A stretch of 64,000 nucleotides of DNA from Bacteroidales bacterium. Its GTDB lineage: Bacteria; Bacteroidota; Bacteroidia; Bacteroidales; Marinilabiliaceae. The stretch is taken from assembly GCA_017960905.1 (NCBI GenBank), contig JAGCYH010000029.1, forward strand, positions 10,948 to 74,947, given 5' to 3'. The position numbers were made by a program, and so were the translations under genes. This document shows, piece after piece, positions 16,695 through 25,727 of this stretch. The notes beneath the pieces were generated by a model. That model was not told where the DNA came from and did no database searches. It was given only the letters and a program-made list of their open reading frames with translations. Each line of letters opens with the position of its first letter. Position 1 is the stretch's first letter.

Positions 16695-17810
16695 ATGATT
16701 TCACCTGATCAGATAAAAGATATCAGCACGCGCGAGCAGGCTTTGCACAAGTTCCTCGACATCGAGCGCCGCGAGATGGAGCTCGCCGACGACGAGCTGC
16801 GTACGCAGGCGCCTGGCTTTTGGGAAGACGCCAAGAAGGCCGAAGCCCACATGAAAAAAGTGAAGGAGAACAAAAAGTGGCTCGAAGGATACAAAAAAGT
16901 CAGTCAGGCGGTCGAAGAGTTGCAGCTGGCGGCCGAATTCCAGAAGGATGGCATTGCTTCCGAAGCCGAGCTCGACGAGGCTTACGCGCATGCCCTGAAA
17001 GAGGTCGAAGCGTTGGAGCTTAGCAACATGCTGCGCCGCGAGGAGGACCAACTGGGCGCTGTGGTGAAGATTGTTGCCGGCGCCGGTGGCACCGAGAGCC
17101 AGGATTGGGCGCAGATGCTTATGCGCCTTTACATGCGCTGGTGCGAAAACAAAGGATACAAAGTTTCGATAACTAACCTTCAGGACGGTGATGAAGCTGG
17201 TATTAAGACAGTTACGATGCAAGTCGAAGGCGATACCGTATACGGCTATCTCAAGAGCGAAAACGGCGTGCACCGTCTGGTGCGCGTCTCGCCATACAAC
17301 GCTCAGGGCAAGCGTATGACGTCGTTCTCGTCGGTGTTTGTAACACCGCTCGTCGACGACTCGATAGAGGTGAACATCGAGCCGGCGCGCATCAGCTGGG
17401 ATACATTCCGAAGCGGCGGTGCGGGCGGACAGAACGTCAACAAGGTGGAGTCGGGTGTCAGGTTGCGCTATATGTACAAAGACCCCGACACGGGCGCCGA
17501 GGAGGAGATTCTCATTGAGAACACCGAGACGCGCGACCAACCCAAAAACAAAGAGAACGCTTTGCGTCTGTTGCGCTCAATGCTCTACGACAAAGAGCTT
17601 AAGCGCCGCATGGCGGCGCAAGCCAAAATAGAGGCCGGAAAGAAGAAGATAGAGTGGGGCTCGCAGATACGCAGCTACGTATTCGACGACCGCCGCGTGA
17701 AGGACCATCGCACTAACTATCAAACATCTAACGTTCAGGCTGTTATGGATGGCGATATCGACGACTTCATAAAAGCCTATCTGATGGAGTTTGGCGGAAG
17801 CGAAGTCTGA
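16695..17810 (+). CDS. prfB: peptide chain release factor 2
   Basis: GGQ motif (SGGAGGQNVNKVESG). The sequence can be aligned by eye to E. coli RF2 from VHRLVR.SP..... to GWGSQIRSYV. The ORF is uninterrupted, with no +1 frameshift site. Confidence 0.9.
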   Translation: MISPDQIKDISTREQALHKFLDIERREMELADDELRTQAPGFWEDAKKAEAHMKKVKENKKWLEGYKKVSQAVEELQLAAEFQKDGIASEAELDEAYAHALKEVEALELSNMLRREEDQLGAVVKIVAGAGGTESQDWAQMLMRLYMRWCENKGYKVSITNLQDGDEAGIKTVTMQVEGDTVYGYLKSENGVHRLVRVSPYNAQGKRMTSFSSVFVTPLVDDSIEVNIEPARISWDTFRSGGAGGQNVNKVESGVRLRYMYKDPDTGAEEEILIENTETRDQPKNKENALRLLRSMLYDKELKRRMAAQAKIEAGKKKIEWGSQIRSYVFDDRRVKDHRTNYQTSNVQAVMDGDIDDFIKAYLMEFGGSEV

Positions 17811-17845
17811 TAATTTGTTGAATCATAAGCAAATACCATAAGCGT

Positions 17846-18598
17846 ATGGAAGAAGAACACATGATATTGCGCACCGAGAAACTGGTGAAGAAATACGGCC
17901 ATCGTACCGTTGTCGACGGCCCGTCGATACAGGTGCAGCAAGGCGAAATAGTTGGCTTGCTCGGCCCAAACGGCGCCGGCAAGACTACGACGTTCTACAT
18001 GACCGTTGGGCTCATTGAGCCCAACGACGGCCATATATGGCTCAACGACACCGAGATAACAAAATATCCTGTCTATCGCCGCGCGCAACTGGGCGTTGGC
18101 TATCTGGCGCAGGAGGCCTCGGTGTTCCGCAACATGAGCGTCGAAAACAATATCATGTCGGTGCTCGAAATGACCAAATTTCCAAAGGAATACCAGCGCC
18201 AGCGCCTCGAGGAGCTCATCGACGAGTTCGGCCTCGGACACATACGCAAAAGCAAAGGTATACAGTTGTCCGGCGGCGAACGCCGACGGACAGAGATTGC
18301 ACGCGCATTGGCCATCAACCCGAAATTCATCATGCTCGATGAGCCATTCGCCGGTGTCGACCCTATCGCTGTGGCTGATATTCAGCGCATTGTGGCAAAA
18401 CTGAAACAGAAGAATATCGGCGTGCTCATTTCCGACCACAATGTGGGCGAAACGCTCGCCATCTGCGACCGCGCTTACATTCAGGTCGAGGGCAAACTCT
18501 TCAGAGCCGGCTCGGCCGAAGAACTTGCCGACGATGCCGACGTGCGCCGCGTTTATCTCGGCGAGGACTTTATTCTGCGCCGAAGAAATTTTGACTGA
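17846..18598 (+). CDS. lptB: LPS export ABC transporter ATP-binding protein
   Basis: Walker [10 protein letters not shown], signature LSGGERRR, Walker B IMLDEP. LptB-like N-terminus [12 protein letters not shown]. An alternative ATG at 17861 is possible. Confidence 0.88.
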   Translation: MEEEHMILRTEKLVKKYGHRTVVDGPSIQVQQGEIVGLLGPNGAGKTTTFYMTVGLIEPNDGHIWLNDTEITKYPVYRRAQLGVGYLAQEASVFRNMSVENNIMSVLEMTKFPKEYQRQRLEELIDEFGLGHIRKSKGIQLSGGERRRTEIARALAINPKFIMLDEPFAGVDPIAVADIQRIVAKLKQKNIGVLISDHNVGETLAICDRAYIQVEGKLFRAGSAEELADDADVRRVYLGEDFILRRRNFD

Positions 18599-18599
18599 T

Positions 18600-19325
18600 A
18601 TGAAAAGAATAGCAATAACTGTAGTTGCCTTATTTGTAGTGTTTTGCGTAAACGCGCAAAACATACAGTTGCATTATGATTTTGGCCACTGCATCTACGA
18701 TGAGCTCGACGGCAGTCGGGCGCCTCTCACTTCTACTGTTGAGTTTTTCAAACCCGACAAGGTGGGTAGCACCTTCTTTTTTGTCGATATGGACTACGAC
18801 GACGGCGTGCAGTCGGCTTACTGGGAGATTGCCCGCGAGCTGTGTTTCTGGCACGAGTCGCCGCTCGGCTGGCTCTCGGCGCACGCAGAGTACAACGGCG
18901 GCCTGAGCAGCGGTGTGGGCGCTTTCAACGACGCCTGGCTCTTCGGCCTCACATATTCGGGCCACAACGCCGACTTCTCAGCGACGTGGTCGCTGAGCGC
19001 TATGTATAAGCACATTAGCCACACCGTCGACCTCGATGGCAAAAAACAGTGCAGCAACTATCAGTTCACCGGCGTTTGGAATGTTGACTTTGCTGGTAAA
19101 TGGCTTACATTCAGCGGTTTCGCCGACTTCTGGCGCGAGTGCCGCCCTTGGCAGAACACAACGCATATATTTATGACTGAGCCACAGTTGTGGCTCAATC
19201 TTAACAGAATAGAAATACTTCAAAACGTCAATCTCAGCCTCGGCAGCGAGGTGGAGCTCTCAAACAACTTCGTCGATAAAGGCTTCTATGCCATTCCGAC
19301 AGTGGCACTGAAATTCACTTTGTAA
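18600..19325 (+). CDS. DUF5020 / Tsx-like outer-membrane protein (hypothetical)
   Basis: An ATG 1 nt after the lptB stop gives signal peptide MKRIAITVVALFVVFCVNAQ. The NIQLHYDFG start and aromatic-rich beta pattern fit this family. The track ORF start at 18441 is an in-frame extension that overlaps lptB. Confidence 0.5.
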   Translation: MKRIAITVVALFVVFCVNAQNIQLHYDFGHCIYDELDGSRAPLTSTVEFFKPDKVGSTFFFVDMDYDDGVQSAYWEIARELCFWHESPLGWLSAHAEYNGGLSSGVGAFNDAWLFGLTYSGHNADFSATWSLSAMYKHISHTVDLDGKKQCSNYQFTGVWNVDFAGKWLTFSGFADFWRECRPWQNTTHIFMTEPQLWLNLNRIEILQNVNLSLGSEVELSNNFVDKGFYAIPTVALKFTL

Positions 19326-19395
19326 GTTATAGCGTTTCTGAAGAATATAAAGTGCTGTTTCCCAGTCTTTTCTGTATCTCTCTTGATGATTTTTT

Positions 19396-19530
19396 CACAA
19401 ATCACCGAACAAAACCGCCTCAAATCACCGAACAAATTCTCCTCAAATCACCGAATGAATTCACCTCAAATCACCGAATGAATTCGCCACAAATCACCGA
19501 ATGAATTCGCCACAAATCACCGAAAAATTG
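19396..19530 (+). repeat. 6 x 23-bp exactly phased tandem repeat upstream of DUF4143 ATPase gene
   Basis: The core CAAATCACCGAA starts at 19398, 19421, 19444, 19467, 19490 and 19513, a constant 23-bp step. The last three units are near-identical (CAAATCACCGAATGAATTCGCCA). Confidence 0.95.
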
Positions 19531-19589
19531 TAAAAATCTTTGGTTGACTGATATTTAAATCATATCTTAGCGCCCAAAATAGTAAAGCT

Positions 19590-20864
19590 ATGGCAAAATA
19601 TAAACAACGAATAGCAGATAGGCTTCTTGAGCGTAAGGTTCTCGGGAAGGGTGCAGTTCTTATAGAAGGTCCGAAATGGTGTGGTAAAACTACCACAGCG
19701 AAGCAAATAGCAAAAAGTATCCTTGATTTTGGCAATGCATCTATATTGAAGCAAAGCGCGCAAATGATCGAGATAAGCCCTCGGTCACTTTTAGAAGGCG
19801 CTGCACCTCGTCTTATTGACGAATGGCAGGCGCTGCCTGCCATTTGGGATTCTATACGTAGCGAGGTCGACAAGCGGGGAGAGCCATCACAGTTTATTCT
19901 CACGGGTTCGTCAGTTCTGCCAAATGCCGATGAAACCATACATAGTGGAACAGGACGTTTTGCGTATATCATGATGCGCCCGATGAGCCTGTATGAATCA
20001 GGTGAATCTTCTGGATCCGTTAGTTTAAAAGATTTGTTTGAAGGTAAAACGCCTGATGTACAACAAAATAAGTTAGAAATAGAAGACATAGCCTATCTTG
20101 TTTGTCGGGGTGGATGGCCTTGGGCAACATTAATATCCAAAGACGTAGCGCTTGATCAGGCATTCGACTATGTTGATTCTGTGATTACTCGTGATATACA
20201 GCGTGTTGATAAGGTAAAAAGAAGCCCGGAGCGTGCAAGGCTACTTTTGCGTTCGTATGCCAGGAACATATCCCAACAAGTTTCATACGCAACATTCCGT
20301 AAAGATATGCTCACAAATGATGCAAGTTCGTTAGACGAAGACACTGTTGCCGACTATATTGCAGCATTAAAAAAACTATTTGTAATAGAAGATCTTGCCG
20401 CATGGAATCCCAATTTGCGAAGCAAATCTGCAATAAGAAATAGCGATACTCGGCATTTCGTAGATCCAAGCATCGGAACAGCAGTCTTGGGCCTTGGTCC
20501 TCAAGATCTAATAAATGATTTGGATACATTCGGGTTTTTCTTTGAGGATATGGTGGTGCGCGATCTGCGCGTGTATGCCGATGCCTTAGACGGTCAAATC
20601 TACCATTACAGAGACAGTAATGGCCTTGAGTGCGACACTGTCATCCATCGACGTAATGGCAGTTATGCGCTTCTTGAAGTGAAACTGGGCGGTGAAAAAC
20701 TTATAAATGAAGCCGCTAAATCTATGATTGAACTATCACGTAATATTGATACGGACAAAATGCAGTCACCATCATTCATGGCTGTTATTGTCGGTGTTGG
20801 AAAATACGCTTATAAAAGACCTGATGGGGTATTTGTCATCCCGATAGGCTGTTTGAAAGATTAA
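19590..20864 (+). CDS. AAA+ ATPase with C-terminal DUF4143 / PD-(D/E)xK-like domain (COG1373 type)
   Basis: Walker A GPKWCGKTT, Walker B RLIDEWQ, and C-terminal ECDTVI....ALLEVKLG, a nuclease-fold-like D...E.K motif. Confidence 0.8.
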   Translation: MAKYKQRIADRLLERKVLGKGAVLIEGPKWCGKTTTAKQIAKSILDFGNASILKQSAQMIEISPRSLLEGAAPRLIDEWQALPAIWDSIRSEVDKRGEPSQFILTGSSVLPNADETIHSGTGRFAYIMMRPMSLYESGESSGSVSLKDLFEGKTPDVQQNKLEIEDIAYLVCRGGWPWATLISKDVALDQAFDYVDSVITRDIQRVDKVKRSPERARLLLRSYARNISQQVSYATFRKDMLTNDASSLDEDTVADYIAALKKLFVIEDLAAWNPNLRSKSAIRNSDTRHFVDPSIGTAVLGLGPQDLINDLDTFGFFFEDMVVRDLRVYADALDGQIYHYRDSNGLECDTVIHRRNGSYALLEVKLGGEKLINEAAKSMIELSRNIDTDKMQSPSFMAVIVGVGKYAYKRPDGVFVIPIGCLKD

Positions 20865-21019
20865 TGCCGATTTTGGTTATTGCAATCAAATTATGGCATT
20901 AATTGCCCGTGAGAGTAGTTTTTCGATAAATAAAGCAAACCTATGGAATTCAGTGACAAGGGGAGTGCAGATTGGTGGAACACGATACATTAAGCACACA
21001 GGCGTGCCGTTAGGCACGC

Positions 21020-22462
21020 TCACTCTGTTTTAAGAAGTGTTTTGATTTGCGTTTTTAGAGCGTTCTCCACATCTTCCATTGCCGCTTTGTATTTGTCGTA
21101 ATCACTCGCTGTTTGCTCTACACGAATGCCTATGCCATAAATATTGCCTCCTAAACCACACAATTGTCTTGGTATTGACAATACCGCTTTTTCTTCTTGT
21201 GTTTCATCAAGTTCAATCGGGTATAACAATGCACAATGTTTTGCTGGCAAAACGTGCATATAGGTAATCATTTGGAACAAATCGTCGCGACAAATAGAAA
21301 TATTGTTTTGCGTTTCATCGATTTCGCCACGCACCAAACGCTTATATTTAGCATCAAAAACAAAAGACTTCTCGCCTGTTTCATCGCCTTTAGTTTGTAT
21401 ATAAAAATCAGGGAAATACTTGTGGCTGCCTTTGTATATCTGAATGCCATTTTCGCCCGTTTTATTTTTGGCGTGCGTTATGCCAAGTTTCTTTTTTTCA
21501 AAAATCGTATTCAAATACTCCTCCCAAAGCCAAGCGCCATCGAACAGAATGCCGTAGATTTGGTCTTTCTGGCGGCCGTATTTGAGTTCCTCGTGGCGAA
21601 GGATTTGTAGGCAGAGCCGCTGCAGGTCGGTGTAGGCCGAAAAGTACGGGTGCCGCACGGGCCGAAGGTTCTGGCTGACGATTTTGGCGCGCTCGCGGGC
21701 ATTGTAGGTTGGCGTGGCCATAACAATCTGGCTGACAGCCGTTTTGGTGTCGGCATCGTTGTTCAGAATGGACTGCCCCTGCTCCTTGCCGCGAATGAAC
21801 TCAATGGTGTGGCGGACAAGTTGCGTGAGTTCGTTGTCGTAGGTGTGCTCGCGCGTGGTGTAGGCCACCGTGCCTCGGAACGGAATGTTCTGGCGGATAT
21901 GGCGGCTCACATCAATGGGTCCGCGAATGTTGGCGTCGTTGTGCTCAAAGCGGCGGTACTTCTTGAAAACACCCTGCGCCACCGCTTTCCGCAGAAAATG
22001 GGGAAACAGATAGAACAGGAAATCGAAAATCCGCTCGGCGCTTGTGTCGTGCTTTAAATCGAACAGATTGATTGCGAACACTTTCTGCAACATATAGTGC
22101 AGAAAATAGTCGTTGCCGTCGGTTTGGGCGAAACGCGAGCGAATGTCAATTTGCGTCTGGTTCACGCCCACAAAGCCCATTATGTTGCCCGTGCTGATTT
22201 TGCCGTCGGAAAACGACAGAATCTGGTCATCGCCGATTTCGTCGCCGTGCTGTTTCAAATCGGGCGGAAAGACAAGCAGGTTTGGGTTGTTTTTACGTTG
22301 CGTTTCAATTGTTTTGTTGGCAATAATACCAATAGCATCTTTCACATCCTCCAATTCGGCATCCGTTGCAAAATCACGATTATAGCGGTCGTTGGATTCT
22401 GCATCTAACGAAATAGGCTCGTGGTTGTCCGTTATCCAAATACTACTCATACTTGTCAGCAT
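21020..22462 (-). CDS. mcrC: McrC-like 5-methylcytosine restriction system nuclease subunit
   Basis: Overlaps the upstream McrB-like gene by 8 or 20 nt, depending on the ATG chosen. C-terminal PD-(D/E)xK motif FPDFYI....FVFDAKYK. Confidence 0.75.
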   Translation of the reverse strand: MLTSMSSIWITDNHEPISLDAESNDRYNRDFATDAELEDVKDAIGIIANKTIETQRKNNPNLLVFPPDLKQHGDEIGDDQILSFSDGKISTGNIMGFVGVNQTQIDIRSRFAQTDGNDYFLHYMLQKVFAINLFDLKHDTSAERIFDFLFYLFPHFLRKAVAQGVFKKYRRFEHNDANIRGPIDVSRHIRQNIPFRGTVAYTTREHTYDNELTQLVRHTIEFIRGKEQGQSILNNDADTKTAVSQIVMATPTYNARERAKIVSQNLRPVRHPYFSAYTDLQRLCLQILRHEELKYGRQKDQIYGILFDGAWLWEEYLNTIFEKKKLGITHAKNKTGENGIQIYKGSHKYFPDFYIQTKGDETGEKSFVFDAKYKRLVRGEIDETQNNISICRDDLFQMITYMHVLPAKHCALLYPIELDETQEEKAVLSIPRQLCGLGGNIYGIGIRVEQTASDYDKYKAAMEDVENALKTQIKTLLKTE

Positions 22463-25301
22463 TTGAATATCCGTATGCTATTGCTAACCTTTTGAGTTTC
22501 TTATATATATCTGTTGTTCCTCGCAAATACTCAAACAGTAACCCTTCCAAATGGTATTCCCATAATTCATCAAAATTATAACTACCATCTTCCTTTTTGT
22601 AATTGGTAAGTTTCAAGAAATAACTTGCGCCAATGTGGTATGCCGACGACAAACCTTCGATAGGTTTATCTTCTTCTTTTTCATCATTTTCAAGTTTGTG
22701 CCAAATAACCTTGTTAATGTTCTCTAATTTTTCCCTTGCTATTCCGATTGTTTCATCGTCAGGTTTCAATGAATTTCCATTTTCATCCTTTCCCCACGCT
22801 TCCGCGCTATCAAGCATTGCTTTCGAATCATCGGCAGTGACTTCCTTAAACGCGAACCTGCGGCGGAAGGCAAAATCCATACTCTCAACGCTGCGGTCGA
22901 TATCGTTCATTGTACCAATGATATAAACGTTTTCGGGAACGAAGAAATGACCGCAATTATCAGAATCAGTAATATTTAAAGCATCATCGAACACATTAGG
23001 CGTTTTCTGAAGATTTGCATATTGAGTTCTCAAATCATTGCATTTTTCAAGTCCTCGATATCCAGGGTCAATGGCAAAAAAAAGTTCTCCAAATATTTTA
23101 TTGATTTCTCCACGATTGATTTCATCTATTATGAAAACAAATTTTGCAGTTTTATCTGGCATTTTTTCTATAATCATTTTTCCATATCGTGATTCCACAT
23201 ATGACGCAATAGCTGTTACGTAAGGCTTCCAATCTATTATTTTGCCACTTTCCATATATACTTGAAGCATCTCTTGGGTTATGCTCATTTCTGTTGCCGC
23301 TTCAGTTTGCGGAATTGCAACCAAATTGCCATTCCGATTAACCCTTACATTAAATTTCTTTTTCTGAACAGGCGTCTCAAACTCAATACTACCTCCATTT
23401 TCAATAATTTCATCAACAAATGATTTATAGGCATCATCAAAATTGAATATTTGTTGATTACCATTTTGGCTTTTCAATGCCCGTTCACAAAACTCTTTGA
23501 AAACACCATCTTTGTGTTCAAAACCGACATTGCCGTCTTCGTTTGGCGGTGTTGGCCGCAACCCCTCAACAAAGTCGGTGTAGTCGTACGACGGGTGGAA
23601 TTGGACAAAGCCGATTTCATTGTCTGTGCAACCCATTGCCTGGGCTATCTGCTTTGCCAAATAGGTTTTGCCTGTGCCTGGGGCGCCTGTTAGGATTAGG
23701 TTGTGGTTGGATTTGAGAAGGTTAACGTAAGTGTTCAAATTTGCTTCCATATCAAGTTCGCTTTTTGTTTTAATTTCAATATAAGCCACGGCATTTTGAC
23801 GACCTGCATATTTGCCGTTATAAGTAACAAATTGATTATAATTTAATTGCTTATCCTTATTTATCCATTCAAATTTATCAATTAAGAATACAATTTTGGC
23901 CGCCTTATTATCATCCGCATAATCTGAAAAGCTATCTTCATACCAACACGGCTCGTAGTTATTTTTCCAATCATTTTTTTTGCTATCGTAATCTTTCCTT
24001 GTGGCATAATCAATAATACGAAACCTACAATTTGTTATATTGCTTGAGATATTATAAAGCCAAAAATCATCATTTTGCTTAATCACTTTTTTCAATTCTA
24101 AAATAACTTCATCAAAATCAGAAAGTTGATTTTTCCAAATTATACCATAATTGTGTTCTGCTAAATCTTTCGCAAAATCATCCATCCAATTATTAGAATC
24201 CCTAGCAATCAATCCTTGTATTATAATCTGCTCTTTTTTAATTATTTCAAGTAAATTCGGGAAACTCTCAAAAAGTTCCCAACATACATCTTGCGCAAGC
24301 AAAAGGTTGCTTTGCAAAAGACCGTGAATACTGCTGTTTTCAATTATTTCGTGCAATTCACTATCGTTTTCAATCAAATGAACCAATGGTTCAAGCAATT
24401 GCAAGTAATGCTCGTATTTCTTTCCTGCACTTTCTGTTGCCACGCCCAAATACTGGCATAGTTTTCTATAAAAACCATCTTTGTATATGGTGTAACGCTG
24501 TGGATTACTGCACGTTAGAATAGTTGCCGCCATTCGCTCATCGTTGGCTTTACTATTATAATTAGTATCAGACACCAAATCAGCCATTTGGGTTTTGAAA
24601 GCTGCCAACCTGTCTGTCAACGACAAAGACTCGTCAACCAATTGGGTTAAAACAGTCTCGAATTGCGACAATTTATTGTTAACCAAATATTTCAAGACAT
24701 TGTTGTCTCTAACAACATCATATAAATTACAGAAACCACCTTGTGTGGCATTGTTAGGGTGCTTAATATGATTCTGCACTATTTCAATTGGCTTTTTCCC
24801 CTGCGTTGCTGTAATAAGTTGCCATTTATATATTTCGTACGCGCCTTCAGCATTGAAATCAACTTCTCGGCGGTGCGCTTTATAGGTTTCAAGCATCCGC
24901 CAATAGAGCCAATCTTTCACTGCTTCAGCCAATTCGGGGCGCAATTGCCATTCGAAAGAGCCTTCTTCACCATTTTTCAATGGGCGGCCTATCCCCATTG
25001 GTATTGGCCAATAATTTTTGTTTCCTTCGGTGTTAATACATTCAAAACGATTGAGTTTGTTTTGAACGAACTTCCCAAATTGCATAATCGTAGCATTGAG
25101 CGACGCTGGCTTTTTGCCAAACGGTTTGCCTGCCGAAACGCAACTTCCCTTATGGTCGGGCAAATAGTAAAAGCAAGCCACGGCTTCTTTGTAATTATCG
25201 CTAACTGCCTTGTCTTTAAGAAATCCCAACCATTCGTCTTTGCTAATATCAACATCAGAACGGTAAACATCGCCGTCTTTATACTCTTGTATGGTTTCCA
25301 T
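22443..25301 (-). CDS. mcrB: McrB-like AAA+ GTPase restriction subunit with ~530-aa N-terminal extension
   Basis: Walker A LTGAPGTGKTY, IIDEINRG, and the McrB signature IIGTMNDIDRSVESMDFAFRRRF. The long N-terminal region has no motif I recognise. Confidence 0.85.
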   Translation of the reverse strand: METIQEYKDGDVYRSDVDISKDEWLGFLKDKAVSDNYKEAVACFYYLPDHKGSCVSAGKPFGKKPASLNATIMQFGKFVQNKLNRFECINTEGNKNYWPIPMGIGRPLKNGEEGSFEWQLRPELAEAVKDWLYWRMLETYKAHRREVDFNAEGAYEIYKWQLITATQGKKPIEIVQNHIKHPNNATQGGFCNLYDVVRDNNVLKYLVNNKLSQFETVLTQLVDESLSLTDRLAAFKTQMADLVSDTNYNSKANDERMAATILTCSNPQRYTIYKDGFYRKLCQYLGVATESAGKKYEHYLQLLEPLVHLIENDSELHEIIENSSIHGLLQSNLLLAQDVCWELFESFPNLLEIIKKEQIIIQGLIARDSNNWMDDFAKDLAEHNYGIIWKNQLSDFDEVILELKKVIKQNDDFWLYNISSNITNCRFRIIDYATRKDYDSKKNDWKNNYEPCWYEDSFSDYADDNKAAKIVFLIDKFEWINKDKQLNYNQFVTYNGKYAGRQNAVAYIEIKTKSELDMEANLNTYVNLLKSNHNLILTGAPGTGKTYLAKQIAQAMGCTDNEIGFVQFHPSYDYTDFVEGLRPTPPNEDGNVGFEHKDGVFKEFCERALKSQNGNQQIFNFDDAYKSFVDEIIENGGSIEFETPVQKKKFNVRVNRNGNLVAIPQTEAATEMSITQEMLQVYMESGKIIDWKPYVTAIASYVESRYGKMIIEKMPDKTAKFVFIIDEINRGEINKIFGELFFAIDPGYRGLEKCNDLRTQYANLQKTPNVFDDALNITDSDNCGHFFVPENVYIIGTMNDIDRSVESMDFAFRRRFAFKEVTADDSKAMLDSAEAWGKDENGNSLKPDDETIGIAREKLENINKVIWHKLENDEKEEDKPIEGLSSAYHIGASYFLKLTNYKKEDGSYNFDELWEYHLEGLLFEYLRGTTDIYKKLKRLAIAYGYSNADKYE

Positions 25302-25320
25302 TTTTATGTTTTTTCATTTC

Positions 25321-25328
25321 CAAATCTA
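25321..25328 (-). promoter_or_regulatory. -7 box TAgaTTTG upstream of mcrB
   Basis: CAAATCTA on the forward strand, 20 nt from the mcrB start at 25301. Confidence 0.45.
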
Positions 25329-25686
25329 ACAATAATATCTATCCCTTTCAAACTCACCCCCAAAAAAGCAAACGGGCTCAACGCCCGTCGGCTAATTCCG
25401 TATAAAACGGTATCCAAGTGAATTGTTCGTCTTTCATAGTTGTTTTTTATATTACATTTCAAAGATAGTAATTAAAACTAAAAATGGTAAACGAACAGAA
25501 TTGAATTAATGTTACTAACATTTTTCTTGTGAGTATGGTCTTAAAAGAATTTATTTTGTAAGATGTTTTGTATCCACCTTGTTATCAGTAAAATACAATC
25601 ATCGTAAATCAGTCCAATCTGTGTCTTCTGCGTTCCAATCACAATCTCTCTGGCGACAAAAATTTTTTTTATCGAAGGTAGTTTCT

Positions 25687-25694
25687 TACTTTTG
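25687..25694 (+). promoter_or_regulatory. -7 box TActTTTG upstream of parC
   Basis: Matches TAnnTTTG, 34 nt before the ATG at 25728. Confidence 0.45.
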
Positions 25695-25727
25695 TTTGCG
25701 AATTTTCGAACCAAAAATCCAAAATAG

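Noticed and set aside
18441-18599. Upstream extension of the DUF5020-like ORF into lptB. The same applies to 45033..45167 upstream of leuB and 4103..4159 for the LRR protein
   Set aside because: The extensions overlap the preceding genes or lack signal-peptide logic. The internal ATGs give canonical N-termini and sit at sensible distances from TAnnTTTG boxes.
19326-25727. Defence islet as a self-mobile genomic island or integrative element
   Set aside because: No integrase, transposase, relaxase, tRNA target or flanking direct repeats could be found by eye. Only compositional evidence for foreign origin remains.
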